IMG/VR virus record: IMGVR_UViG_3300001472_000003
Location: 32,001-96,000 of that record
Length of the DNA stretch: 64,000 nt
Source of the DNA: a virus
Strand: one strand, 5' to 3'
The translations under genes and the position numbers were made by a program. The notes below the pieces were generated by a model. It searched no databases. It was not told where the DNA came from and was given only the letters and a program-made list of their open reading frames with translations. The number at the start of each line of letters is the position of its first letter. Within the stretch, counting starts at the first letter, position 1. Of the stretch, positions 36,948 to 47,252 are shown in pieces.

Positions 36948-39470
36948 TTATATAAAAAAACTATCTAATGTCATTTGCTTTTCAACATTCCAACCAATAG
37001 CATTCATAATAGTTTTAATTGGTTCAAGAAAAGATTTTTCGAATTGTGTATTAAAATCAATATATTTGTGTATACCAAATTGATCTGGCAATACATTCGA
37101 TGCAGCTATAACATGCTCTAATGTTGGATTAGGAACCTTGAGATAACAAAATTTTACTTTATCACCATTATTAATAGATTCAAATTTATTACCTAATCCA
37201 TGTTCTATTAATAATTTATTATATACTAGAGCACCTCTTACATGAATTGGTACTCCTTTGCCGCCAAGGACATATTCGTGTTTTATTCTACCACCTTGAC
37301 CATTTGCTCTACTACCAATAAGCCTTACTGATCTAGGAAAGGCTATATCTTCAAATGGTAGTGTTTTAAATTCTTCTCTAAAGTTATCTATAAATTTTAT
37401 AACAGCTTCTTCATCTTCGTTCATTATAACTGTTATACAATCTTTAATTTTAGTTCTACAAGCTGAAGGAGTAGAGGAGCGGACAGCCTCAATGCCCATT
37501 ATCTTTAATTTGGGCGTAGTATATCTAACACCCTCACTATCAAATACATTCATAATATAACGCTTCTTGGCTGTCCAAATAGCTTTATTAGCTATATTCT
37601 CTCTCTTCATAACCATCTTTTGGTCATATGCATTAACATACTCTGCTAATTCTTTATAACATTTATCAATATAAGGTTCTAATTGTGTTGTGCAAACTTT
37701 GTCTAACCAATTGACAGTCTCTTCATTTGTGTGATCCGGATAAGCTAATTCAACAAGCTTATCTAATTTTAAATACATAGAATCGGTATCTACCGCAAGA
37801 ACATAATCTTTATCTTCTGTATTTAATAATTTATTTAAATATACATTTATTTTAGCTTCCATCCATTTAATAGAGAGCTGGCCCCCTTTAGTAATTGACT
37901 CAGCATATTTTGGATCAAACCATCTAAAATATTCATTACCTAAAGCACCATAAACACTATTTAATTGGATTTTCTTAGCCATCTGCATATTATTACATTG
38001 TGCTATTGTCTTTTCTAAATCATATGATGGACTCCTCTCATACTCTTGTTTAGCCTTAATCATTCTATCTTTCCAGACAGTACGATCATTATACATTTTA
38101 AACATTAAATTAGGTAAAAACCCAACTTGATCCTTCGTATAAACATCCCCGGTTGCAGCAATAGTAGCATTTATATCTTTAAGATGTTTATTGTGCTTCT
38201 TCCAACTTCCATCAATAATCTCATCAATAGAAGGTGTGAATCCTATATGTTTAATATGTGTTTCTGGAGAAATATTATATTGCATAATCAGGTGAGGATA
38301 CAAAGAATTTAAATCAAATGATACAACCCAGTTATGCATATCAACCTGGGGCTCTTTAACATATGCACCTTCAATTTTATTATTTTTATGGTTTCTATGA
38401 AATTGTGGTATTGCAATATTATTATCTAATAAATAATTATGTATTATCACATCCCATAATCTAACAGAACCAAATACATCCGCATAATTAACTTTGCCAT
38501 CATAAGCAATAGCATATGCTTGTTCGATTAATTTTAATTTATCTTCTAGTCTATCAACTAACTCCACATCTTTAATATTATAGTCTATAAACTTTGAATA
38601 ATCTTTTTTATATAATTCTAATAATGATGAAAATTCAGAATAATCTATTTTACGTTCGCCCAACTCAACAGTAGCTATATGATCTAATCTATAAGATTCT
38701 TGAACTACAAACATAAATTTTTTATATAATTGCATATAATCAAATACGGCTACACCAAGAGGAATATAAGTATTATTCTCTTTACCTTGTATTTGTATTG
38801 ATTTCTCTTTAAGAATGCCCCAAGGAGATAATTTATTAGCAAATTCTCTATCTATTATACGCGTCATTCTATTGATAAGATAAGGAACATCAAAAAATTC
38901 TACATTCCATCCTGTAATAACATCAGGATCAATTGCATTCCAAACATCCATAAATTTTATTAATAGGTGTTGTTCATTATCACATTTTATATATTCAACA
39001 TTATCATTCTTATTATCATACTCACCAACACCGAAGACATAAAATTTCTTCTTATACGACATTGTAATAGCTGTAACAGGTTTAGTCGCATCATCTATAG
39101 ATGGGAAACCTTCATCAGCTGCTACCTCTATATCAACATTAACGACACGTATTAACTCAACATCATATTTTATTTGGCCATCATATGTATCATTAATATA
39201 TGGATACTCATAATTAGTCGTGCCATAAAAAGATCTGTTACTTACATCTTTATTCTTAAAGACATATTCTTTAGCTTTGGAAACAGATTCAAATACTTTT
39301 TTATCAACTTTCTTACCAGCCAATGTTCTATACTTAGTATTACCGAATGTTGATGGAAGAAAAAGATAAGGCTTACAATGTTCTTTAAATTGTACTCTCT
39401 TACCGTTGTGATAGCCTCTTACTAAGACATCATTACGTTCAATATAAACACTTGTATAAAATTTCATCAT
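36948..39470 (-). CDS. 43: Family B DNA polymerase (gp43)
   Basis: DIEV exonuclease, SFDLNSLYP, KIQLNSVYG, VDTDS, KKRY. Confidence 0.97.
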   Translation of the reverse strand: MMKFYTSVYIERNDVLVRGYHNGKRVQFKEHCKPYLFLPSTFGNTKYRTLAGKKVDKKVFESVSKAKEYVFKNKDVSNRSFYGTTNYEYPYINDTYDGQIKYDVELIRVVNVDIEVAADEGFPSIDDATKPVTAITMSYKKKFYVFGVGEYDNKNDNVEYIKCDNEQHLLIKFMDVWNAIDPDVITGWNVEFFDVPYLINRMTRIIDREFANKLSPWGILKEKSIQIQGKENNTYIPLGVAVFDYMQLYKKFMFVVQESYRLDHIATVELGERKIDYSEFSSLLELYKKDYSKFIDYNIKDVELVDRLEDKLKLIEQAYAIAYDGKVNYADVFGSVRLWDVIIHNYLLDNNIAIPQFHRNHKNNKIEGAYVKEPQVDMHNWVVSFDLNSLYPHLIMQYNISPETHIKHIGFTPSIDEIIDGSWKKHNKHLKDINATIAATGDVYTKDQVGFLPNLMFKMYNDRTVWKDRMIKAKQEYERSPSYDLEKTIAQCNNMQMAKKIQLNSVYGALGNEYFRWFDPKYAESITKGGQLSIKWMEAKINVYLNKLLNTEDKDYVLAVDTDSMYLKLDKLVELAYPDHTNEETVNWLDKVCTTQLEPYIDKCYKELAEYVNAYDQKMVMKRENIANKAIWTAKKRYIMNVFDSEGVRYTTPKLKIMGIEAVRSSTPSACRTKIKDCITVIMNEDEEAVIKFIDNFREEFKTLPFEDIAFPRSVRLIGSRANGQGGRIKHEYVLGGKGVPIHVRGALVYNKLLIEHGLGNKFESINNGDKVKFCYLKVPNPTLEHVIAASNVLPDQFGIHKYIDFNTQFEKSFLEPIKTIMNAIGWNVEKQMTLDSFFI

Positions 39471-39508
39471 ATAATTATATTACTATATTATTACTGAAAA
39501 AGCAACAA

Positions 39509-39955
39509 CTAATTGCTTACTGCGCGCATTCTTTTTACAAGACGGCCAGCTCTATTGGGAACTTGTTTATACCATCGACTGTCAATCATTTCATTTGCTG
39601 CGGCATTCCAATCAGACGCCATTACACCAGCTTTCATGCCTTTAAATTTAGATAATCTAGGTCTTCCCATATTAAACATCATATTAGCAATAATTAATTG
39701 AACTTCATCTGGCAGTTCTTCAAAATTTTTATATAATTTATTGCAATCAGCTACAACTATCAATACATCATTATTGAAACACTCAACAATTCTCGCATCA
39801 GATACAGGTGTATCTACTGGCATTTTATATTCTGGATCTTTTTTTGTTATAAGGTGGCCTATACCAAAAGTAGGTAAACCAAGGTGGTCTAAGTATATTT
39901 GATCAACTCTACCCTCGTCAACTTCTAATTCTCTTCTCAATTGATTAATATTCAT
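39509..39955 (-). CDS. T4-type lysozyme (GH24 endolysin)
   Basis: DEG...YLDHLGLPTFGIGHL; NMMFNMG; DSRWYKQVPNRA. Confidence 0.9.
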   Translation of the reverse strand: MNINQLRRELEVDEGRVDQIYLDHLGLPTFGIGHLITKKDPEYKMPVDTPVSDARIVECFNNDVLIVVADCNKLYKNFEELPDEVQLIIANMMFNMGRPRLSKFKGMKAGVMASDWNAAANEMIDSRWYKQVPNRAGRLVKRMRAVSN

Positions 39956-39980
39956 TTAATAATCTCCATAATTAGTATTG

Positions 39981-40011
39981 AAAAAATAGAGAGCGATAAA
40001 CTCGCTCTCTA
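39981..40011 (-). terminator. Intrinsic terminator closing the hsp20 operon
   Basis: TAGAGAGCGA-5nt-TCGCTCTCTA followed by T6 on the minus strand. Confidence 0.85.
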
Positions 40012-40022
40012 TATATAGGTGT

Positions 40023-40160
40023 TTAATAACCTCTTTTTTTTAGGTTCTTTTCTCTACGAGCTAAATCAGCAAAGTCCACTGATCTTCCTAGATATCTTTC
40101 AATTTCATTTTGTTGATATCTACGTAGCATATTATTTAAGAATGATAATAAATTGCTCAT
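40023..40160 (-). CDS. DUF3563-like small protein, 45 aa (not in track)
   Basis: MSNLLSFLNNMLRRYQQNEIERYLGRSVDFADLARREKNLKKRGY; ATGA-coupled. Confidence 0.6.
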   Translation of the reverse strand: MSNLLSFLNNMLRRYQQNEIERYLGRSVDFADLARREKNLKKRGY

Positions 40161-40384
40161 TTAAAATTATTCTTTCTCATTTGCTCATTTAGTTTATGAG
40201 TTAAGCTTGTAACTGTGTGGTCTGGATAATCATGTATTAATAATTGTGCTACATGTCTATTAACAGACATTTGACGTCCAATTATAAATGCTACGATTAT
40301 ACTTTTTAATCCAGCTTTAAACCTATCAAAAAAAGTATTAAGAGTTTTCCCGCAATAATTCGCGGTTAGTGTTAGTGTTGTCAT
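40157..40384 (-). CDS. Small hypothetical protein in hsp20 operon
   Basis: GGGG SD; overlaps hsp20 3' end. Confidence 0.55.
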   Translation of the reverse strand: MTTLTLTANYCGKTLNTFFDRFKAGLKSIIVAFIIGRQMSVNRHVAQLLIHDYPDHTVTSLTHKLNEQMRKNNFK

Positions 40385-40814
40385 TATGACCCCCGAGTTG
40401 ATTAATTTTAATTTTACGGGGACGCATTTCTTCTGGTATACGACGCTCTAAATGAATTACGAGCATACCATCCTGAAGATCAGCTCCTTTGACTTCTACA
40501 AACTCTGACAGCCTAAAAGATCTCTCAAATTGTCTACCGGAGATTCCTTTATGAACATAAAGATCTTGGTCTCTCCTTTGGGATCTATTGCCTTTAACAG
40601 TCAATATACCATCATGAGTGGATATATCAATATCTTCTTCTTTAAAGCCGACTACAGCTAATTCGATAAGATATTCATCATCTGAATGTTTAATAATATT
40701 GTGAGGTGGATAATGGTCTTTCTGGTGATGTGCAGCTAATCGCTCAATGTCTCCAAAAATGTGATCAAATCCAACAAACGCGGAACGTGGAAATTTAAAA
40801 GTAGTGCCTGTCAT
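40338..40814 (-). CDS. hsp20: Small heat shock protein Hsp20/IbpA
   Basis: YPPHNI, IELAVVGF, HKGISGRQF.R.F.L, A.LQDGML, PEEMRPRKI; start at 40814 after AAGGAGG. Confidence 0.95.
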   Translation of the reverse strand: MTGTTFKFPRSAFVGFDHIFGDIERLAAHHQKDHYPPHNIIKHSDDEYLIELAVVGFKEEDIDISTHDGILTVKGNRSQRRDQDLYVHKGISGRQFERSFRLSEFVEVKGADLQDGMLVIHLERRIPEEMRPRKIKINQLGGHNDNTNTNRELLRENS

Positions 40815-40819
40815 ATGTA

Positions 40820-40870
40820 CCTCCTTATGCAAGCAAGGTTAAAATAAACGGCTCACCATGTGACACCGTT
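40820..40870 (-). promoter_or_regulatory. ROSE-like RNA thermometer
   Basis: 5' hairpin AACGG..UCAC/GUGA.CCGUU; 3' hairpin CCUUGCUU-GCAU-AAGGAGG with UUGCU opposite the SD. Confidence 0.65.
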
Positions 40871-40877
40871 ATTATAT

Positions 40878-40905
40878 ATATGGGTATTATATCTTATAAT
40901 ACAAG
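40878..40905 (-). promoter_or_regulatory. RpoH (sigma32)-like promoter
   Basis: CTTG-N17-CCCATAT. Confidence 0.6.
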
Positions 40906-40913
40906 GTATATAA

Positions 40914-41288
40914 TTATTTTTTTATTATTTCTTCTAGTCTAGGTTCAAAGAATTTAGGACCTTTTAAAACTTTACCATCTTCTCTATAAATTGGTTTACC
41001 ATCTTCACCTAGCTTAGACATATTCGATAAATGAACTTCTTTAAATGTTTTATCTAGATTTATTCCATATGTGTGCCCTGCACCATATATAACATATAAT
41101 AAATCTGTTAAAGCATCTGCAATTTCTATAGTATTTTTTGTATTTACTGCATCTTTTAATTCTTGTAATTCTTCCTCAATTAATTCTATTCTCAATCGTC
41201 TTGTTTTATGATCTGGCCAAAATAATTTTTTATTAGTTTGTTGACCAAATGATGTCATAAATTTACCTACATCACTAAAATTACTCAT
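40914..41288 (-). CDS. MazG-like NTP pyrophosphohydrolase
   Basis: LIEEELQEL, EIADALTDLLYV.YG, EVH.SNMSK, DGKVLKG. Confidence 0.88.
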   Translation of the reverse strand: MSNFSDVGKFMTSFGQQTNKKLFWPDHKTRRLRIELIEEELQELKDAVNTKNTIEIADALTDLLYVIYGAGHTYGINLDKTFKEVHLSNMSKLGEDGKPIYREDGKVLKGPKFFEPRLEEIIKK

Positions 41289-41290
41289 TA

Positions 41291-41692
41291 TTACACTTTC
41301 TTTTTTCCAATATTATATTTTGGAATTAGTTCCCATTGATCTTTAAATTTGTGAGGTATTATTTTTATTTTACTTATTGGCAATTTAATTGCAAAATTAT
41401 CACTATCTTTTTTTAATATTTTAACTAGGTCCCATTCTGCAAGTAATTGTATAATAGAATTTCTTCTGCCAATATCCTCATCAGTTATTGTAGATTCTTT
41501 TCCATCTAGTGCGAAGAGCTCCTTAAAGTGCACAATATAATATTTACCTTGTTTATGTAATATATGGCAACTTTGAAATAAAGTATTAGTTCGTCTGGAA
41601 GCAACGCCTATTCTTGTAAGAGTCTCTCTTACTTTTAGAAAATCATCTTGTTTTTCTAAAGATATTTCTATCATGTTTTCGATTAAATGCAT
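41291..41692 (-). CDS. regA: Translational repressor RegA
   Basis: DDFLKVRETLTRIG, QSCHILHKQG, YIVHFKELF. Confidence 0.96.
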   Translation of the reverse strand: MHLIENMIEISLEKQDDFLKVRETLTRIGVASRRTNTLFQSCHILHKQGKYYIVHFKELFALDGKESTITDEDIGRRNSIIQLLAEWDLVKILKKDSDNFAIKLPISKIKIIPHKFKDQWELIPKYNIGKKKV

Positions 41693-41694
41693 TT

Positions 41695-42078
41695 TTAGCC
41701 ACCTTTGTCTAATTTCTTTCTTATTTCTAAAATATCTTGTTTAGAAAGTGCAGACAAAGCCTGGTATGCCTTAGTATACGAATAATTATAATATTCGCAA
41801 ATAATATCAATGTCATCACTTTCATCTCTTTTGGCCCATTTTGTAAATCTTTTTTGGGCTCTGATACTATTTAGGAAATATTCGTATTGGAGTTTATTGT
41901 CTATTTCATGCCTGGCATTCATTTCATTTGCATATAATACTGTATCAACAAATTGAGATAATGCTCTATTTGTTATATATGGTTCATATAATTTTTCTGC
42001 TAAATCATCATTCTCAGTATCTCTCATCATGTTATTCTTTTTATGATGAATACTATTTACATAATCAAATACACCCAT
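41695..42078 (-). CDS. 62: Clamp loader small subunit (gp62)
   Basis: YITNRALS, ANEMN, KRFTKW; synteny. Confidence 0.9.
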   Translation of the reverse strand: MGVFDYVNSIHHKKNNMMRDTENDDLAEKLYEPYITNRALSQFVDTVLYANEMNARHEIDNKLQYEYFLNSIRAQKRFTKWAKRDESDDIDIICEYYNYSYTKAYQALSALSKQDILEIRKKLDKGG

Positions 42079-43025
42079 TATTCAAACTCACACTGTACCA
42101 TTATTTCAGTTAAGCAGGCAACAACATTAATTTCAGGATCAGCAACAAAGGCTGCTTTGTATTGATAGTCTGCAATAATTAAAACTAATTTAGGTATACT
42201 ACTTTGTTTAACATACTCACTAGATTTGTCATATAATTTGCGGAATAATGCTGTAGATTCTTGATCCATATTCTGGGCAACCCATTTTCTCATATCAGAA
42301 AATTTCTTATCTTTCATATGCTTGACCACATTATCAATAGATATTTCTTCAAGCTTACTTAATAATCCAGAGTCAATTTTACCAGTAGAACTATATCGTT
42401 GTAATTCATTTAATACTCTTCGCCAGTCTGGAAAATGTTTATTAATAAATTGAGCTACTACCTTTGTGTCGTGTTCTACATTTTCTTTGGTTAATATCTC
42501 ACAAGACCTTTCCCAGAAATTTTTAGCCATTAATGGTCTATCTGAACTAGGTATATTAAAATCAACTATACTGCATCTTGATTGTAGTGGGGCAATAATT
42601 CTATTTTTAAAATTACAAGTTAAAATAAAACCACAATTCTTAGAAAACTCTTCCATAAAATTTCTGAGAGCAGGTTGGGTAGAATTTGCATTTAAATAGT
42701 CTGCTTCATCTAATATTACATATTTGCGGCCACCAGTAAAAGATACAGCTGATGCAAAATTTCTAATCTCAAAACGCAATGTGTCTATGTTGCCGTTCAT
42801 ACTACCGTTAATTATAATATAATCACATTTTAATTCTTCAAGTATAGCTTTAGCAATTGTAGTTTTACCAACACCAGGACCTCCGGATAATAGTAAATTG
42901 GGTATATTGCCTTGTATAACAAATTGCTTGAATGTATTCTTAAGATCAGATGGTAATATACAGTCTTCTATATTTCTAGGTCTATATTTTTCAACCCAGA
43001 GAAAATCCTTTTCATTTGTCTGCAT
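42078..43025 (-). CDS. 44: Clamp loader AAA+ subunit (gp44)
   Basis: LWVEKYRP, GPGVGKT, DEAD, SRC. Confidence 0.96.
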   Translation of the reverse strand: MQTNEKDFLWVEKYRPRNIEDCILPSDLKNTFKQFVIQGNIPNLLLSGGPGVGKTTIAKAILEELKCDYIIINGSMNGNIDTLRFEIRNFASAVSFTGGRKYVILDEADYLNANSTQPALRNFMEEFSKNCGFILTCNFKNRIIAPLQSRCSIVDFNIPSSDRPLMAKNFWERSCEILTKENVEHDTKVVAQFINKHFPDWRRVLNELQRYSSTGKIDSGLLSKLEEISIDNVVKHMKDKKFSDMRKWVAQNMDQESTALFRKLYDKSSEYVKQSSIPKLVLIIADYQYKAAFVADPEINVVACLTEIMVQCEFE

Positions 43026-43026
43026 A

Positions 43027-43701
43027 TTAAACTCCAAATGAAGAATTGGCTTCAGTTGCAACCCAATATATCATCTTAGCACCTTCTGTGTTTAAGCTGC
43101 TAAATTTAGCTATTCCTCTTGTGGATATTTCTATTTTATAGTCTTTGTCTATTAATTTTAGATTTTCTACTTTAAATATAAATTTAAATGTGTTTGTAGT
43201 AGTTCCTACATTTTGATTATATATGTCAGCTGTAGGATTTTTAGAATCCATAGCACCTATCGCAATATTAGAGCCATCACCCATAATAACTATCTCAGGC
43301 AATTGCATAACACCAGATGCTCTCAATGCATTATTAATATCATTCCATTCAATATTAATTGATACCTCTGGATTAGGAAAACTTATTTCTTTTTCAGGTG
43401 GTGTAACAATCATAGACTGATCCGCAAATGTATAATTAACAGATCTCTTGGAATCTTTTATTTCCATATGAGTTGATTCAAAACTTATTACAGGTTCCTG
43501 AAATAAGGATAATACTCCTAGGAATCTTGATACTTCATATATCCCACCAATTGAATCAAAATGTTCATCAGTATTTGCTATCGCCATAATTGTCTTATTG
43601 GGTGACACAGTAGAAATGGCTTTACCTGGTTTAATTAGTAATGATGGATTAATAGTTGAAAAGTTCTTAAGAACATTTAATGTATCTTCACTTAATTTCA
43701 T
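43027..43701 (-). CDS. 45: Sliding clamp (gp45)
   Basis: MKLSEDTLNVLKNFSTIN, FKVENLK, YWVATE. Confidence 0.95.
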   Translation of the reverse strand: MKLSEDTLNVLKNFSTINPSLLIKPGKAISTVSPNKTIMAIANTDEHFDSIGGIYEVSRFLGVLSLFQEPVISFESTHMEIKDSKRSVNYTFADQSMIVTPPEKEISFPNPEVSINIEWNDINNALRASGVMQLPEIVIMGDGSNIAIGAMDSKNPTADIYNQNVGTTTNTFKFIFKVENLKLIDKDYKIEISTRGIAKFSSLNTEGAKMIYWVATEANSSFGV

Positions 43702-43728
43702 AATTTATATCTTTCATAATGTTATAAT

Positions 43729-44631
43729 TTACTTGTTTGCAATGTCTTTTTTCTTGCCTAACTTACTTTTATCTGCTGTAGCAGCGACATCTATTTGAGC
43801 TAGGTCTGCTAATGATCCTCCAAATATATAACTGCCTACGTGTTGGAGCTTCATCCACGGGCATAACCAAATCTTTAATTCAGCTTTTCTAGCCCATTGA
43901 CAAAACATATAATCTTCAGATAAATATCTTTTTGTATCCGGATCAATTAATGCTTGGAAATACATCATAATTTCTCTACTTCCATCAAAGTGTTCTGTCC
44001 TAACATGATCGGGCAAATACATTAATTCTGGATACTTCTTAGCAAATACATCAAATGTATTTCTTCTAATAAGCATAAAACCAGTTCCTCCCTCTAACAC
44101 TTCTGTTGGCGTATCAATTCTTATCCTTCCTCCACCACTGGCTGGATTGAACACATAATCACCTACAAACTTTTCTAGATCATTAGGATTTTCATCTGCT
44201 ATACCTTTATCAACTGCTGCTTTAACCTTTTCCCATGAAATACATTTTTTAGGATATGGTCCACACAATATATCTAATGGTTTACCGTCTTCTATTTCCG
44301 GATGGCCTTCAGATAAAGCTAATAATGTTATTACATCTTTTGCATCAAATCCAATATCAGAATCAATGAAAATCATATGAGAACAATCAGATCTTAAAAA
44401 TTCATCCACGCAATAATTTCTAGCTCTAGTAATAAGCGATTCATTAAATAAATAATAGAATCTAATCTCTATACCATGTTGTGCGCACATTGCAGATAAA
44501 TCATTTGTAGACTTACAAAACATACCTGCACATTGACCACCATACATTGGAGCCGCTATAAATAATTTTCTTTTTCTTAATTCATTAATGTCTATTTTAA
44601 TTTCCATTATTTCCATCCTGATATTGACCAT
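43729..44631 (-). CDS. GT-A fold glycosyltransferase-like conserved phage protein
   Basis: PMYGG, NESLITRARN, FIDSDI (DxD), GTGFMLI, LSEDY.FC. Confidence 0.7.
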   Translation of the reverse strand: MVNIRMEIMEIKIDINELRKRKLFIAAPMYGGQCAGMFCKSTNDLSAMCAQHGIEIRFYYLFNESLITRARNYCVDEFLRSDCSHMIFIDSDIGFDAKDVITLLALSEGHPEIEDGKPLDILCGPYPKKCISWEKVKAAVDKGIADENPNDLEKFVGDYVFNPASGGGRIRIDTPTEVLEGGTGFMLIRRNTFDVFAKKYPELMYLPDHVRTEHFDGSREIMMYFQALIDPDTKRYLSEDYMFCQWARKAELKIWLCPWMKLQHVGSYIFGGSLADLAQIDVAATADKSKLGKKKDIANK

Positions 44632-45082
44632 TATATTGATGATTAGTTTCTGCTTTTACAGTTATAAACTGTGCTATTCTAGTATTAGGGGATAAAAATA
44701 CCTCACCTGATGATATATGCATAGTGCCTCCTATAAAGTTCTTAAACCCACTATCATATAATCCACTTGTAATAAACACCCCATTTCTATTTAATGTAGA
44801 CCTTGGTATAATCCAACCAGCAATTCCTTCGGGTAATTCAACGTAGTGTTCTGTCTCAAATTCATATGATCCTGGATATAGATGCCATATAAGCTTATCT
44901 TTATCTTTAGGGTCTGGGAAGAGAGGGAGTTCAGATTTGTGTCTATCCTGTCGATGCATTTCGGTTAATACAAAAGGCTCATTTGTAATCATCTTTAGGT
45001 TTGATATTTTTAGATCTACTGCATTTGGTTGTATACAGTCATCTGCCACTTGCGTGACGAATTGTTGTGAGTGTATCATCAT
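44597..45082 (-). CDS. dCTP deaminase / trimeric dUTPase family
   Basis: QPNAVDL, PRSTLNRNG, YDSGF, RIAQ, YNGQY. Confidence 0.8.
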   Translation of the reverse strand: MMIHSQQFVTQVADDCIQPNAVDLKISNLKMITNEPFVLTEMHRQDRHKSELPLFPDPKDKDKLIWHLYPGSYEFETEHYVELPEGIAGWIIPRSTLNRNGVFITSGLYDSGFKNFIGGTMHISSGEVFLSPNTRIAQFITVKAETNHQYNGQYQDGNNGN

Positions 45083-45876
45083 ATATTAGCGCCTTCTTTC
45101 ATTATATAATATTCTTCAATTAAATTATCAATATACTCAATATTATCACTAGCTTGTGCTATGGATTCTGTATTTTCTGTTGAGATATTAATATCATATT
45201 TATCATTTATATATTCATTATTTATAGATTTATTTTCTATACCTAATTGGATAGCTATAGAAGAATCCCAACTATTTATATACTTTTTAAATTGCTTCAT
45301 GGATATTATTTCATTATATCCATAGTTAAGTCCATGCAAATGTATTTTTTTATCTCTATCAATTAACTTTCTGAGTATACCTTTAGATTCTAATTCATAC
45401 ATTAATTTGATTCTAGTATTGTGTTTTAATTTATCATTATCATTTATATTATAAGCCAATTCAGCAGTCTGTGCAGAAATCATAACATAGTCTATCCAAT
45501 CTGCACTTATGGCATGATGGAAGCCATAAATTAAATCATCAAGATCACCTACCATACATTGAGGTGCATACATAATTTTAAATCCCATTCCTTTAAAAAC
45601 CTTACCTAATTTCATAGATGCTTCTATTGTTTCCATTGTGTCATATGAAGGGTAGTTAGGCAATATTATACAATTGGCTTTTAATTTATTACATAACGTA
45701 ATTAAATTGCCAAAGTCATCTACACCTTCAGAATTTAAAATAATCTCATAATTATTTTTATCAATAAAATAATTTAAATATTTTTCATTTGATAAATGAT
45801 TGGCATACACCATTTGTATTTTATTTTCATCAATAATAGGTAAAAGGTGTAATGGGGCTGTATGTATGAATTTCAT
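45079..45876 (-). CDS. TGT/DpdA-like TIM-barrel protein, degenerate copy
   Basis: ILNSE, LPNYP, APQ, IHLHG, SWDSS align with motifs of 47484-48293; start MKFIHT. Confidence 0.55.
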   Translation of the reverse strand: MKFIHTAPLHLLPIIDENKIQMVYANHLSNEKYLNYFIDKNNYEIILNSEGVDDFGNLITLCNKLKANCIILPNYPSYDTMETIEASMKLGKVFKGMGFKIMYAPQCMVGDLDDLIYGFHHAISADWIDYVMISAQTAELAYNINDNDKLKHNTRIKLMYELESKGILRKLIDRDKKIHLHGLNYGYNEIISMKQFKKYINSWDSSIAIQLGIENKSINNEYINDKYDINISTENTESIAQASDNIEYIDNLIEEYYIMKEGANI

Positions 45877-45877
45877 T

Positions 45878-46504
45878 TTACTCACCAAAATAATATGGAT
45901 TCTCAACTGTATTAAAATCAGAATCTTCTTTGTTAATTACGTTTTTATTTTCTATATCTAATTTAAAAATACGATTAGCATCAATAGAATAACAATTTTT
46001 AAACATAGTAGAGGATATATTCATATCGCCATCAATAAATAATGGACTTATTTCATTTCTAAATATATTGATATTATGTTTATAATACCATACACAACTA
46101 AAAGATCCATCGATATTATTAGGTGTTTTTAATTCAATTAATTGCTTTAATAATAATTTAGTATCCCATGAATAATCAACATTATATAATGATTGTAATC
46201 TTTTAATTTCATATTCTTTTATTATACCATTATGCCATAACAATTGTCCTCCTATATCAGCAGGATGAATATTATCATTATAATTGTCAGCTGTAGGTGC
46301 TTGTTGATGTACAATACAATAATGATTATCTGGTATTGTTATGCAATCATAGGGTAATGGGCCTAATCCTGTCTTAACCTCTCTTAGTAATGATGATGTA
46401 TTATTAATATAAGTTATACTATGAGAGTAAGTACCTCTATATTCATTTAATTTAGCCAATTCAATTATTTTATCTGAGGAATATGATCCTACAATACTAC
46501 ACAT
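45878..46504 (-). CDS. Class II glutamine amidotransferase (stand-alone Gat next to queC)
   Basis: N-terminal Cys2 (MCSIVG), RG, HQQAPT, HP, WHNGII, DT, DGSF. Confidence 0.82.
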   Translation of the reverse strand: MCSIVGSYSSDKIIELAKLNEYRGTYSHSITYINNTSSLLREVKTGLGPLPYDCITIPDNHYCIVHQQAPTADNYNDNIHPADIGGQLLWHNGIIKEYEIKRLQSLYNVDYSWDTKLLLKQLIELKTPNNIDGSFSCVWYYKHNINIFRNEISPLFIDGDMNISSTMFKNCYSIDANRIFKLDIENKNVINKEDSDFNTVENPYYFGE

Positions 46505-47252
46505 TAATCATTTTCTCCCATGGTATATGTATTTGATATGGTATTGGGTCCTTCATACCTGCTTTTGCAAAACCAGCTATTCTTTCAGCACATGAAGGAC
46601 ATACACTACATGATGACCCGAATTCATTCGGATTATAACATGTAAGTGTAGATTCAAGTAAATATGTACTATTCATTTCTTTACATATTTCTATTTCTTG
46701 TGCTTTAGATAAAAGGCTAAACGGTGCCATTATTTCTACTTTATGTGTTCTATTTTGAATAGCTACAGCATTCAATGAGTCAACAAATTTTTGTGATGTA
46801 TCCCAATATCCATATTCATCATGTACTTGAAGGCCAGTAAAAAGGTATGAAGCATTAGAAGCTTCTGCTTGTGCCATAGTAAGACTTAGTAATATTAAAT
46901 TACGAAATGGCACATAAGTCTTTGGTTGTGGATCTCCTAACACATCTTTAATAGTCGGCATTGCTACATTGCTACCTGATATATTAGCTGATATAGGTTC
47001 AGCAATTTCTCCTAGTATACTGAGATCTAGAATCTTATGTCCTATGCCTAGTAACTCACAAAGTTTAGAAGCTTTAGTAAGTTCTATACTTTGTTTTTGT
47101 CCATAATTATATGATAATGCATATACATTTTCTTTACCATATCTTTCAACAAGCATCATAGTCATAATAGAAGAATCTAATCCGCCTGATAATACAGCCA
47201 ATACATTTTTATTTGTATCCGGCAACTTACTGAGTGCTTCTTTTAAATTCAT
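46497..47252 (-). CDS. queC: 7-cyano-7-deazaguanine synthase
   Basis: SGGLDS, YGQK, YVPFRN, TLTCY, CSVCPSC.ER. Confidence 0.95.
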   Translation of the reverse strand: MNLKEALSKLPDTNKNVLAVLSGGLDSSIMTMMLVERYGKENVYALSYNYGQKQSIELTKASKLCELLGIGHKILDLSILGEIAEPISANISGSNVAMPTIKDVLGDPQPKTYVPFRNLILLSLTMAQAEASNASYLFTGLQVHDEYGYWDTSQKFVDSLNAVAIQNRTHKVEIMAPFSLLSKAQEIEICKEMNSTYLLESTLTCYNPNEFGSSCSVCPSCAERIAGFAKAGMKDPIPYQIHIPWEKMINV

